Positions 53,625 through 63,582 of a DNA stretch of 64,000 bases are shown one piece after another (the first letter of the stretch is position 1; the number at the start of each line of letters is the position of its first letter). The stretch is from a virus. Taxonomy: Duplodnaviria; Caudoviricetes. The stretch lies in IMG/VR virus record IMGVR_UViG_3300029798_000001; one strand, given 5' to 3'. The translations under genes and the position numbers were made by a program. The notes beneath the pieces are model-generated. The model was not told the DNA's origin, searched no databases, and saw nothing but the letters and a program-made list of their open reading frames with translations.

Positions 53625-54591
53625 CACCACAGGTAGTATTGCAGGCATATATTTGATGTTGATCATTCCAGGTTTGTTCAACGCGATCAAACCAACTGAT
53701 AGCCTGCTCGATTCCCACTTCAATGGCATTATTGTTTTCAGGTAACAATCGTTTGATCCCGGGATTACCGGTATGATTCATAACTCTAGGATAAAAACCC
53801 AGCCAACAGCAAGGGTATATTTCGCCGGTTGCACTGACATACAAAGATTTCGATCGTTTAACTTGACATTTAATTGGTTTAGGCTCAACCACCGGGTCTA
53901 TTAGATTATTTCTGCGTGAGCCTTCCCACCACGCGACTTTTTCTTCCCAATTTTTTGGCTCAATATTTTCACCTATATCATGCGAAAATTCTCGGTTACG
54001 ATTAAAAACTGAAAATTGATTTCGTCCGTGGTCTACCAGTTCAAATCTTTTGAATCCTAACTGTTCACTTAATTTGCGGCATTCCTCAATTTGATGTAGG
54101 TTGTGGTCAAATTTAATCATTGTCCAGATTGCGTTTCCGCCTGCGGCAATAAATTTTTGAGCATTTTTTAAAATAAAATTATAATCTGTATACTGTCTGT
54201 ATAATTGATGAGTGTCTTCCAGGCCGTCAATTCTAAAAAACACCGTAACATTCAATTTCCCTAGTGGCTCCCATATTGCTGGTTTGGCACTGGCATTGGT
54301 AGATATTGTTAGATATAGTTTAGGATTTTGTTTTAAGAAATACTCAACAATTTTCAACCCATCACGGGCTGTAACAAAATCTCCGAGATTGCCGTTTATA
54401 TTGATACTTTTTAACTGCTGTAAAAAACTGGGTTGAAAAATAGTTTGAGCTTCTGCCAAAGTCATATCATGGATAGGATAATCGTCAACGATATCAACCC
54501 CACCCATATTTCGCGGACATCCGGGACAACCAGCGTTACATCTAGTTGAAATTTCTAAGTGTACAGCTCTGATTTCAGAATAAGAATACAT
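53614..54591 (-). CDS. Radical SAM protein with C-terminal SPASM/twitch
   Basis: CNAGCPGC, NGNLGD, STNAS, PCCW. Confidence 0.9.
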   Translation of the reverse strand: MYSYSEIRAVHLEISTRCNAGCPGCPRNMGGVDIVDDYPIHDMTLAEAQTIFQPSFLQQLKSININGNLGDFVTARDGLKIVEYFLKQNPKLYLTISTNASAKPAIWEPLGKLNVTVFFRIDGLEDTHQLYRQYTDYNFILKNAQKFIAAGGNAIWTMIKFDHNLHQIEECRKLSEQLGFKRFELVDHGRNQFSVFNRNREFSHDIGENIEPKNWEEKVAWWEGSRRNNLIDPVVEPKPIKCQVKRSKSLYVSATGEIYPCCWLGFYPRVMNHTGNPGIKRLLPENNNAIEVGIEQAISWFDRVEQTWNDQHQIYACNTTCGVTE

Positions 54592-54605
54592 CTGATATTT
54601 ATTGT

Positions 54606-54968
54606 AGAATAATACAACATATTATTTAATTACCTGTACATCATCTTTGGACCATTGTTGATCGAATAAATTAATCAAATCCGGTGTATTGGCTAGTTCT
54701 AAATTGTTTTGCCATAATATTTGGCATTGGTATCCAACTGCCAATTAAATTGATTTAGCAGATAGTCTTGAAGATTGTTTGATCCAACAGGAGATATGTT
54801 ATCGATATCTCTTAAATTTTGCTGCATACCATAGCTGCGACCAGTTGCAGGGTCAATGGACCATTGATTGTTGATTGTGTGAGGCAGGCTTCCGATCCAC
54901 CCTGCAACAAAATCTCCGCGGGCGCCGCCTATGCCCAGAGTTAGATAAAGTGATATAGGGTAGGTCAT
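54606..54968 (-). pseudogene. Internally deleted/frameshifted sulfotransferase-like gene
   Basis: 89-aa ORF GIGGARGDFVAGW; a different frame continues LWQNNLELANTPD...VIK to the stop near 54630. Confidence 0.4.
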
Positions 54969-55068
54969 ACCCTATATTTACTTTTAAATTAATCAGTGTA
55001 AAGTTTTAGTATTGACCGGGATACCATATCTAAGTATGGCACCCCGACCAACTGTTCTACAGATACGC

Positions 55069-55806
55069 CTATTCGTCGGCGTAGAGTTTGAGAATATCCT
55101 TGATCATTGGGTGACGTTGAACGTCACGATCATCAAGATTACATACAGAAATACCGTTTACACCTCCTTTCTGTAATCTTTCGCATAAATCTACGAGGCC
55201 GTTACTGCCCTTACTGTGGTCTGCTTGTTCAGCATCACCTGTTATTACTATCTTACTACCTTCCCCAATACGGGTCATAAGCATCAATACCTGTGCTTTT
55301 GAGCTATTTTGAAATTCGTCAGCAATAATATACGCACTTTTGAAAGTACGGCCCCTCATAAATCCCAAGGGTGCAATCTCGATGGTCTGATCTTCAAGCA
55401 TGGCAGCAATATCCTGTGGCCTGTAATACTCTCTAAGTATATCAGTTAGTGGGCGTACCCACGGATCCATCTTTTGATTTAAGTCGCCTGGTAAAAAGCC
55501 ATGCTTCTCACCTTCTACTCCAACTGCTGGTCGCGTTAATACAATGCGATCTACTTCTCCGGCTCTGAACGCCTTTACTGCTGCTAGCATGGCCAAATAT
55601 GTCTTTCCTGTTCCTGCAGGCCCTGCTGTAACGACAATATGCTGACTATCGTCTTGTAAAGCCAATACTAACTTTTCCTGATTTCTAGTTCTAGGAACTA
55701 TGTTAATCGGGCGTTGTTTTACTGGTTTTACTTGATCGAAGCGAATTGTATTTTCTTGGTATGTCATACGGCTTTTTTGTGATTTTACTGCTCGTTGCTT
55801 ACTCAT
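55069..55806 (-). CDS. phoH: PhoH-family ATPase
   Basis: GPAGTGKTYLA, LTRP, GFLPGDL, FMRGRTF, ADEFQN, TRIG, GD..Q.D. Confidence 0.95.
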   Translation of the reverse strand: MSKQRAVKSQKSRMTYQENTIRFDQVKPVKQRPINIVPRTRNQEKLVLALQDDSQHIVVTAGPAGTGKTYLAMLAAVKAFRAGEVDRIVLTRPAVGVEGEKHGFLPGDLNQKMDPWVRPLTDILREYYRPQDIAAMLEDQTIEIAPLGFMRGRTFKSAYIIADEFQNSSKAQVLMLMTRIGEGSKIVITGDAEQADHSKGSNGLVDLCERLQKGGVNGISVCNLDDRDVQRHPMIKDILKLYADE

Positions 55807-55983
55807 GTAATCTCCGTTGTTGAGTTGAGTTAAAGTAACAGCGACATGCTGTTATAGATATTTACGGACTTAGATCTAAAAGTTTAGTATGGGTACTAAA
55901 TGATTTAAAAACGGCATAAGTATTAGGCTAGGCTGTAAATTAACCAAACTCTTGCTAGCGATCAACTAGCCATAAATAACTAT

Positions 55984-56562
55984 ATGGATCAAGAAATCTT
56001 TAAAAATCATCAGGATTATTGGCAGGTGGCAGAAAACATCCGCGACATATACCTTAGCGAAGGAAGTTTGCTCACGCTGTTAGACTTTGAACGGGTATTA
56101 GATGAGCTAGATATCTATGCCTTTAAAAACTGGGCGGTTGGGGAGCTAGTACAAGGCCCTACGGTTACTAAGTATCGTGTAAGTTGCATATTCATGTGGC
56201 CTGAAAAACTCATGCCAGACCCACGCGGCGCTCGCAGACTATTACCATTTGACTGCAAGGTCGAATACAAAAAAACCAACATGAAGATTCCAGTTAAAAT
56301 TATGGACCCGTCTGATTATCGTCCTGGTACCCATAAAGCTAAGATTACAGAAAAGAAAATCTGGCTAGTAGAAATTACCATGCCCAAAGCTCTAATGAGC
56401 GATATACGCACAGGTAGTATAGAATTAGAAGATCAAGATATTGATCTTGCAGACCTAGATGATGCATCCGAACAGGATTTAGGTAAAGATGAATTCCAGG
56501 ACCAACAACAAGCTCAAAATGCACAACAATCACTTAGCCAACCTCAACTCCCTGCTTTCTGA
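55984..56562 (+). CDS. Hypothetical late protein
   Basis: TAAATA at 55973. Confidence 0.7.
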   Translation: MDQEIFKNHQDYWQVAENIRDIYLSEGSLLTLLDFERVLDELDIYAFKNWAVGELVQGPTVTKYRVSCIFMWPEKLMPDPRGARRLLPFDCKVEYKKTNMKIPVKIMDPSDYRPGTHKAKITEKKIWLVEITMPKALMSDIRTGSIELEDQDIDLADLDDASEQDLGKDEFQDQQQAQNAQQSLSQPQLPAF

Positions 56563-57088
56563 AAGCCTGGACTATAAAGAAATGGAAGGCTTAATGAAGC
56601 CTACTGTTCATGTGGACGAATTTAGTTCCAAGATGGGCGATGACGATGATATCATTGTTGTTAGCTTTTTTATACGCGATGCACAGGCCGCCAGAGATCT
56701 AATGAATTGGTTTGAAAAAGGGTACGACTTTGTCCTAGATGCTGACCGTAGCCCTGGAGAAATCAAACCAAATCGTTATCTGGTCTATGTAGAAATTCGT
56801 CGGCGCAGTACTGCAGGTGGGCATGTAGAACAACTATTAAACGATCTTAATACGTTAACTGAGCACGAAGATAGTAAAGATTGGACTATGCACTATAAAG
56901 GTAAAGAAGTTCCTTTTAGTCGTGATACATTTGACAGTATGGTTCCATTAAGTCCTAAAGCGTATCGTGAAAAATATGAAAAAGATCTAAATGAAGTACG
57001 AACAGCCGCAGGTATTCCTATAGTTACTACATACGACAAGCGAGATCGGGCATTACAATCAATTCAAAGTGCCGCTGGCATAATCTAA
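56519..57088 (+). CDS. Hypothetical late protein
   Basis: Overlaps upstream gene; LLSESL near N-terminus. Confidence 0.7.
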   Translation: MHNNHLANLNSLLSESLDYKEMEGLMKPTVHVDEFSSKMGDDDDIIVVSFFIRDAQAARDLMNWFEKGYDFVLDADRSPGEIKPNRYLVYVEIRRRSTAGGHVEQLLNDLNTLTEHEDSKDWTMHYKGKEVPFSRDTFDSMVPLSPKAYREKYEKDLNEVRTAAGIPIVTTYDKRDRALQSIQSAAGII

Positions 57089-57127
57089 AAATCCTAGTAT
57101 TATCATAAACTAGGTATATAATTACCT

Positions 57128-57811
57128 ATGAATCTAAAAAGTTTTGGATGTAGTTTTATCTTTGGCAGTGAATTAGCCGATGACGGTCGTGATAGTTTGT
57201 ACGCTACGCCTAGCCAATTAACTTGGCCAGCGCACCTGTCTCGGCACCTAGCAAAAGAATACCAATGTTATGCTAGACCCGGTGCCGGCAATTTACACAT
57301 CCTTGAACAATTATTAAATCAAGCAGCTATTAGCAATAACTCTGATTTGTTTGTTGTTGGATGGACTTGGATTGATCGCTTTGATTACTATCCTGCTAAC
57401 CCAGACACTCCTAGCCGAAGCCCGTGGCGTACTATTATGCCGGTGGATAAAGATTTATTGGCTAAAACATATTATCGAGAGTTACACTCAGAATATCGAG
57501 ATAAATTTACCTCGTTGAGTTATATAAAGTTAGCCATAGATACACTTAATCAAAAAGGTATTCCGTTTATTATGACCTACATGGATTATCTGCTATTTGA
57601 TCAACAATGGCATACTACCCCGGCTGTTATGGATTTACAAGAATATATTAAACCGTACCTGACTACTTTTGAAAATAAAACTTTTTTAGAATGGAGTCGT
57701 AGTCGAGCATATCCAGAAACAATAGCATGGCATCCACTAGAGGCTGCACATGCTGCAGCTGGCGAATATATGATTAAAGTTTTTGATAAACAAAATACAA
57801 TCGATCGTTAG
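57128..57811 (+). CDS. SGNH-hydrolase-like protein
   Basis: FGCSFIFG, PGAGN, VGWTWIDR, HP...H. Confidence 0.6.
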   Translation: MNLKSFGCSFIFGSELADDGRDSLYATPSQLTWPAHLSRHLAKEYQCYARPGAGNLHILEQLLNQAAISNNSDLFVVGWTWIDRFDYYPANPDTPSRSPWRTIMPVDKDLLAKTYYRELHSEYRDKFTSLSYIKLAIDTLNQKGIPFIMTYMDYLLFDQQWHTTPAVMDLQEYIKPYLTTFENKTFLEWSRSRAYPETIAWHPLEAAHAAAGEYMIKVFDKQNTIDR

Positions 57812-58502
57812 CATCCTTCTTAAACTCTAATAATTTAAGATTATACTTTTCAGCAAAGTCAGTTACCACTTCAAAACTCCACGGAAAAAGTTCTACATAT
57901 GGACCAGTTTTATGTGTAATACCCGGATTGGCTCTTAGGTAAAATCTACCACCCGGTTCTAGCAAATCTACGCAATGGCTAAATCGAGCCTCGATCTCAT
58001 CTCGACTATTAAAGTTAATTGACCCCAACGCAATAATAACATCGTGCTTATGCTTAACCTTGTAATCTAAAATATCAACTTGGAAATCAGCGTGATCGTT
58101 GTAGGGATCGATGCCCACTAGATTTTGTATACGGCCTTTGAACGGATGATATCCACACCCAACATCTAATACATTTTTAGGGTTAAGTCTGTTGACTTCA
58201 TCAACTAATTGCCAGCCAGTGTGATTATAGTCATCCGTGCGCGGTTTCCAAATTTCACCAAAAAAGCGTAGAATGTAACGTTCGCTAATGGTGTCTACAA
58301 TATCAAGTAGTGGGCCATTGAATGCACAATCTTCCAAGGCAAGTTCTGCTTCTACATGATCCTTAAATTTGCGATAGCGAGCAGGGGTCCACGGTAGCAG
58401 ATCTACTACTGTATCCTTGTTGATAACAATGTTTTTATACTTGGGTAAATTAAAGGTTGTTGTTAAATTTTCTTTAATTAGGTTAAAAATTTTGGTATTC
58501 AT
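57774..58502 (-). CDS. Class I SAM-dependent methyltransferase
   Basis: VLDVGCGY, VGIDP, DVIIALGS, LEPGG. Confidence 0.85.
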   Translation of the reverse strand: MNTKIFNLIKENLTTTFNLPKYKNIVINKDTVVDLLPWTPARYRKFKDHVEAELALEDCAFNGPLLDIVDTISERYILRFFGEIWKPRTDDYNHTGWQLVDEVNRLNPKNVLDVGCGYHPFKGRIQNLVGIDPYNDHADFQVDILDYKVKHKHDVIIALGSINFNSRDEIEARFSHCVDLLEPGGRFYLRANPGITHKTGPYVELFPWSFEVVTDFAEKYNLKLLEFKKDANDRLYFVYQKL

Positions 58503-58593
58503 TGAAATTTTCCGTTAAATGATAAATAAATTTACAAAGAGCTTAAAAATTTTAAGTATCTTGTAATTCATGATAACTATTTAAGGAGATTAT

Positions 58594-59289
58594 ATGAACT
58601 CAAAAGATTTCGTTGCCAAGATCGTGGCAGACAACCAAGCACTATTCCAAGCTAGTCAACACAATGTTAAAGCATACTTTGACAGCAAACCAGCTCAATC
58701 TGAGCTAGTAGACCACTTTATTGGCCGCATGGTCAATGAGCGCATGAACATGGTTGAAATCAGCCAAGCTATTGCCCAAATGCCTGCTGATGCAGATCCT
58801 GTAGAATTGCAGTTGCTTACACAGCAGGCCGCTGATGAAGCTGTTCATTTCCGTATGGTTAAAGAAGTTATTGAACACATCACCGGTGCTCCAGTTGATG
58901 TTGAGGCCGCCATCGCTCGTGAAGCCGCCAAGCCAACAGCCAAAGGTGCTGGTTTGTTAGCCAAGTATGAAGCAGAGTCAGATCCAGTTGCTCTTGCCGC
59001 TTATCAGTTGGTTGCCGAAGGTCGTGCCGAAGCTGTTTGGAACACAATGGCTGAGTGTATTGAAGACGAATTTGTTTCCAAGTCATATGCTAAGATTGCC
59101 AAGGACGAGGGTTTCCACAGCAAGATTGGTGCTCGCAAGTTAGAGCAGTTAGTTACAGACGCAGAAGTTGCTGCTAAAGTTGAAACTTTGGTTGCCGCTA
59201 TGCGTAAAGACTTGTATGAAATTTCATGCAAAAATACTGTAGCCGCTGAGTCTGGCAAGCAATTAGTAGCAGACGCTTACGGGTGGTAA
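58594..59289 (+). CDS. Ferritin-like di-iron four-helix-bundle protein
   Basis: NE...DEAVH...AEG...DEGFH ligand set; TAAGGAG SD; late promoter. Confidence 0.75.
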   Translation: MNSKDFVAKIVADNQALFQASQHNVKAYFDSKPAQSELVDHFIGRMVNERMNMVEISQAIAQMPADADPVELQLLTQQAADEAVHFRMVKEVIEHITGAPVDVEAAIAREAAKPTAKGAGLLAKYEAESDPVALAAYQLVAEGRAEAVWNTMAECIEDEFVSKSYAKIAKDEGFHSKIGARKLEQLVTDAEVAAKVETLVAAMRKDLYEISCKNTVAAESGKQLVADAYGW

Positions 59290-59292
59290 TCG

Positions 59293-59844
59293 TTGAAGAT
59301 AGGATTAACACAACGAATCCTATATCATAACGGGCAAGCGTATGACGCCACTCAACACGGGTGGTATTCATACTTAACGGGTCATACGCTTGTTCCAATC
59401 GCAAACAGAATAGATCAAGATTTTGAGCAGTTGGCAGTAGATTTAGACGCCGTAATTATCACAGGTGGGGACGATTCAGCTCTTCGCCGCACAGTAGAAT
59501 TAAAGTTAGCAGGAGCGATGGCCTTACGCAAGAAACCAGTGGTTGGTGTTTGTCATGGTTGTTTTTTGTTAACAGAAGTATTGGGTGGCACGGTAGTAGA
59601 CATAGTAGGGCATCATAACACCGCTCACAATATAAACTATTTTGGAGAACTGATAGCGGTTAATAGCTATCATACTTTAGCAATCACGGAATTGCATAAA
59701 TCTGGCACGGTGCTAGCCACAGATGAAGAAGGCAATTGTGAAGCCTGGATTGATGGAGCAACAGCAGGGGTAGTATGGCATCCAGAGCGTATGAAAGACG
59801 CATGGTTACCGGACGAAATTAAAAATTTATTATTCAAGGACTAA
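59293..59844 (+). CDS. Class I glutamine amidotransferase / peptidase C26
   Basis: ITGGDD, GVCHG (Cys), NSYH, VWHPE. Confidence 0.85.
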   Translation: MKIGLTQRILYHNGQAYDATQHGWYSYLTGHTLVPIANRIDQDFEQLAVDLDAVIITGGDDSALRRTVELKLAGAMALRKKPVVGVCHGCFLLTEVLGGTVVDIVGHHNTAHNINYFGELIAVNSYHTLAITELHKSGTVLATDEEGNCEAWIDGATAGVVWHPERMKDAWLPDEIKNLLFKD

Positions 59845-59845
59845 A

Positions 59846-60820
59846 ATGAAAAAGTTATTATCAGTATTATTATTGTTGCCAGCATTGGCATTTGCGTGGG
59901 AACCCACAAAGCCAGTTGTGGTTATTGTGGGTAATACCCCAGGGGCTGGAAACGAAATCGCGTTTCGCAAACTAGCAGAGATTGTTCAAAAGAAGAATCC
60001 CAAGTTTGTGTATGTAGTGGAAAATCGCCCGGGTGCTGATTCGGTAGTAGCGCAGAATCATTTTATACAACAGCCAGCGGATGGCTACACTATTAACTTG
60101 CCTAGTCATATGAGCACTTATGTTACCAATGACATTTGGGAAGCAAAGACCAAGAAGTTCCAATACGATAGTTTCATTGATGTGTTGACCATGGGCAAAA
60201 GTCCGTTAGCACTAGTTGCCAGTCCGTTAAGCCGTGTTGATACACCATTGGATTTTGTTCGGTTAATTGCTACAACACAGAAACCTATTAATATTGCTGT
60301 AGGCGGTGGTGCTCATAGAACAGCATTTGAATACCTAATGACCAAGAACAACGGCAAGACAGAGTTTATCAAACCTATCAAGTTTAACGGCCCATTGCCA
60401 GCAGTGATTAGTGTATCGGCATTTGATGGTAAAGATGGCACAGAGTTTGGTATCATGCCTATCGCTGTGGCCCGGCCCTTGGTAGAAGCAAAGAAAGTTA
60501 AAATCATTGGCTTCACTGGAAATAGAATAATGTCACAGTATCCCGATGTTCCATTGTTGAACACAGTAGCGCCTGGTATCAATGTATATGCCGCTTGGTC
60601 AATAGAGTTGCCAAAAGGCACGCCGGATGATGTAGTGGCCTGGTATCAAAAGAACTTTGCAGACGCTGTTCGCAGTGAAGAATATAGAGAATGGCGTAGA
60701 CAAAATGTAGTATTTTATGATGAATCTGAACTAACACCGGCAGGGTTAAAGAAACATATTGAAGAACTTCGCGCTACATTTTTACCAGTGCTACAACGAA
60801 TCGACCTAAGTAAAGAATGA
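59846..60820 (+). CDS. Bug/TctC tripartite tricarboxylate transporter substrate-binding protein
   Basis: Signal peptide; V.NTPGAG, VENRPGA, ADGYT, YPDVP.L. Confidence 0.85.
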   Translation: MKKLLSVLLLLPALAFAWEPTKPVVVIVGNTPGAGNEIAFRKLAEIVQKKNPKFVYVVENRPGADSVVAQNHFIQQPADGYTINLPSHMSTYVTNDIWEAKTKKFQYDSFIDVLTMGKSPLALVASPLSRVDTPLDFVRLIATTQKPINIAVGGGAHRTAFEYLMTKNNGKTEFIKPIKFNGPLPAVISVSAFDGKDGTEFGIMPIAVARPLVEAKKVKIIGFTGNRIMSQYPDVPLLNTVAPGINVYAAWSIELPKGTPDDVVAWYQKNFADAVRSEEYREWRRQNVVFYDESELTPAGLKKHIEELRATFLPVLQRIDLSKE

Positions 60821-61434
60821 AATATATCTTTTGTGCCGGTGCTCCTGGCAGTAAATGGAGCAGTTTGATCAAAAACATCTACTATAGTCCTAGTGTTGAT
60901 CGCACAGACTATACAGAAGCTAGAACATATTGGCATGATGCTCCGGGACAACTTGAGCTTATGCATCTAGGTGCTTACTTTGATCCGGGTATGGAGTTTG
61001 ATTTGCCGGCGGATCTAAGCACTTTGAGTCAGGCTGAACTGGAACGCCGCTTTGACGAGCCATTCTCAGGTAAAGGTGTGCGTATTATAAAGAGTCATAT
61101 ATTTGCACACAACATTGACTTTTTACGTCACACCTGGCCTGATGCTCCTATTATTCTAGCACAACGTGGTGATGATGCTTGTTTAGGTTGGTGGGTCAAG
61201 TGTGGGCACTTTAATATTACCTACCCAAGCTACGATAAGTATTATAAAGATTTACGGACCATGTCAGGAATTATCGCCGACCAAAATCGCGATATACAGA
61301 CAGCGTGGAACAAATATGAAGGTATGATGCCCACAGACAACTTTGCCTTGGCACATATACTAGGTATTCTGCCGGTGCCGGCAGAATATAAACAGAACTA
61401 CAACAAATCAGACCTAGGAGTAAAAGTAATATGA
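60817..61434 (+). CDS. Sulfotransferase-fold-like protein
   Basis: GAPGSKWS, IIKSH, QRGDDAC. Confidence 0.5.
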   Translation: MKYIFCAGAPGSKWSSLIKNIYYSPSVDRTDYTEARTYWHDAPGQLELMHLGAYFDPGMEFDLPADLSTLSQAELERRFDEPFSGKGVRIIKSHIFAHNIDFLRHTWPDAPIILAQRGDDACLGWWVKCGHFNITYPSYDKYYKDLRTMSGIIADQNRDIQTAWNKYEGMMPTDNFALAHILGILPVPAEYKQNYNKSDLGVKVI

Positions 61435-62102
61435 CAACATTAAGCAGTTATGATCGACTTAAAGAAATCAGTGAGTATCATTTTGACACTGATCGTATGG
61501 ACCCATGTTGGGACACAGTTGTCCAGCTAGGGCATGTCGCAGGAGATTTTTCAACAGATGTCGCAGATATTCTAGCACAGGCCAAGCCAGCTAACTGGGA
61601 GACACGCGGATTCAAAGGTGAAGGCGTAGAAGTTCCTAGTGACGAACTGGTCAACGAAGAATACGACCTAGAACGTGTAGGCATTGATCCTAAAGTTGTA
61701 ATTACGGATCTGGCTTGGAAATTAAGTCCTAGACTACAAGCACTAAGCGATCGTTTTGCCTTACGCGATGTAATGAATCGAATTCACGTGCAAAAGCCAG
61801 GACAGTTATGGCACCTGCATATTGACAAATTGTATAAATGGTTTCCCGAAGATCCTAGTCAAGTGTATCGGTTGTTTGTTCAACTAACTGACTGGCAACC
61901 TGGACAATTTTGGCAATACGGTAACTATAACTGGGCACAGTGGAAGGCTGGCAATGTAACCACATTTGACTGGAAGAACGTTCCACACTCAACAGCCAAT
62001 GCTGGATTCTATCCTAGAGTTACACTACAAATTACCGGAATTAGAACCGACGCAACAGATGCCTTTTTAGCTGAACTAAAATCGGGCACAGTTACTCTAT
62101 GA
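61431..62102 (+). CDS. 2OG-Fe(II) oxygenase (Asp/Asn hydroxylase-like)
   Basis: HID...PHSTAN...RVTLQ facial triad and 2OG Arg. Confidence 0.75.
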   Translation: MTTLSSYDRLKEISEYHFDTDRMDPCWDTVVQLGHVAGDFSTDVADILAQAKPANWETRGFKGEGVEVPSDELVNEEYDLERVGIDPKVVITDLAWKLSPRLQALSDRFALRDVMNRIHVQKPGQLWHLHIDKLYKWFPEDPSQVYRLFVQLTDWQPGQFWQYGNYNWAQWKAGNVTTFDWKNVPHSTANAGFYPRVTLQITGIRTDATDAFLAELKSGTVTL

Positions 62103-62749
62103 AGAAGTTATTAATTGTTACTGGGCCGCAGGGCTCTGGTAACCATTTGTTTAGTCGACTGCTAAGTTTACATCCAGCTGTTGAAGGTTGGGAAGAACTA
62201 TTAGACAAGTATTGGGTACCCAGTGATCAAGAGCCCTTTGCTGAATACTGGGTATATCCAGAACGTTTAACAGCAGATGTGTTTGCAGGCAAGGATTATT
62301 TCTTTGCCAATGTCAGTTGCCCATTCTTTTACGATGGCACAAGACGTATACCCAAAATTCTGGAAGTTGCGGAGCTGGCCCGGAGCTTTGGGATAGAAGT
62401 AGAAATTGCTATTGTTGTTCGTGATCAAAACATCAACCGGGAACAGCAGTTACGTATTCGCAAAGAGCACACAACTCCTATAGCGCAGGACTATTATTAT
62501 AATGCCCTATTGCCTAGCGAGTTTCCTGTTCACTATATCGATCACGAAGCATTTTTCTTACATACAACGCACTACCTAAAATGGTTAAGTCGTATACTTG
62601 CATTTCCTATTGCGTATAATGATCCAGATATAATGAAATTTATTAGCGAGGATGCCAATCACAAATATATAAAGTATGTTGACCATCACTGGTTAGACGA
62701 AGAAATACTTCGTGGATCGCACACTACACTAGCAGAAAGAACAAAATGA
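62099..62749 (+). CDS. Sulfotransferase-like P-loop protein
   Basis: VTGPQGSGNHLFSRLL, VVRDQN. Confidence 0.6.
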   Translation: MKKLLIVTGPQGSGNHLFSRLLSLHPAVEGWEELLDKYWVPSDQEPFAEYWVYPERLTADVFAGKDYFFANVSCPFFYDGTRRIPKILEVAELARSFGIEVEIAIVVRDQNINREQQLRIRKEHTTPIAQDYYYNALLPSEFPVHYIDHEAFFLHTTHYLKWLSRILAFPIAYNDPDIMKFISEDANHKYIKYVDHHWLDEEILRGSHTTLAERTK

Positions 62750-63582
62750 CACAACGTATACTCATCATGGGGTTACCGGGTTCCGGCAAAACAACACTAG
62801 CAGGCGCTCTTAAACGGTATCTAGAAGCCAATGGCGAGATTAGTTATGCTCGTGCATTAACAGAACCAATGGATAGTAGTATAATGGTGAACTGGTTTAA
62901 TGCTGATGACATCCGCCGCAAGTATAACGACTGGGACTTTAGCAATGACGGGCGCATTCGCCAGAGTATCCGTATGTTCCAGTTTAGTATGGAATCCGGC
63001 GGCGATTATGTCATCTGCGACTTTGTTGCTCCCCTGGTCGAACAGCGTAACAATTTCAAAGCTGACTGGACCATCTGGGTCGATACAATCCGCGAAGGTC
63101 GTTACGAAGACACCAATAAAGCATTTGTAGAACCTGAGCAGTATGACTTCCGAATTACAGAACAAGATTGCGAAAAGTGGGCTGAATTTATCGGAGAGCA
63201 TATTGTTGCTAATCGCCGTCGTCCTGTATTTGATTGGCAAGCCGAAAGTGCCTTGTTACTTGGAAGATATCAGCCCTGGCACGACGGACACAGAGCACTA
63301 TTTGACCGTGCTATTGCCAAATCCGGACAGGTGATTATTCAAGTTCGTAATTGCCAAGGATGGAATGGATCTAATCCATTTGAATTTGAGAAAGTTAAAT
63401 CATTTATTAAACGCGATCTTGACCCGGTATATCAAGGGCAATACGAAATAATGCTAGTTCCTAATATAACTGAAATTGTATATGGAAGAGATGTAGGTTA
63501 TAAGATAACGCAAGAAACATTTGATGATAAAATACACTCTATCTCTGCTACAAAAATCCGTAAGGAGTTAGGAATTGAGTGA
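62746..63582 (+). CDS. APS-kinase-like domain fused to HxGH nucleotidyltransferase
   Basis: GLPGSGKTTLA, NADDIR, DFS.DGR, DFVAP; C-terminal GRYQPWHDGH. Confidence 0.8.
   Translation: MTQRILIMGLPGSGKTTLAGALKRYLEANGEISYARALTEPMDSSIMVNWFNADDIRRKYNDWDFSNDGRIRQSIRMFQFSMESGGDYVICDFVAPLVEQRNNFKADWTIWVDTIREGRYEDTNKAFVEPEQYDFRITEQDCEKWAEFIGEHIVANRRRPVFDWQAESALLLGRYQPWHDGHRALFDRAIAKSGQVIIQVRNCQGWNGSNPFEFEKVKSFIKRDLDPVYQGQYEIMLVPNITEIVYGRDVGYKITQETFDDKIHSISATKIRKELGIE

Noticed and set aside
55807-55980. Pho box upstream of phoH
   Set aside because: No 11-bp-spaced TGT(C/A)A repeat seen; only a late-type TAAATA and a TAACAGC/GCTGTTA hairpin.
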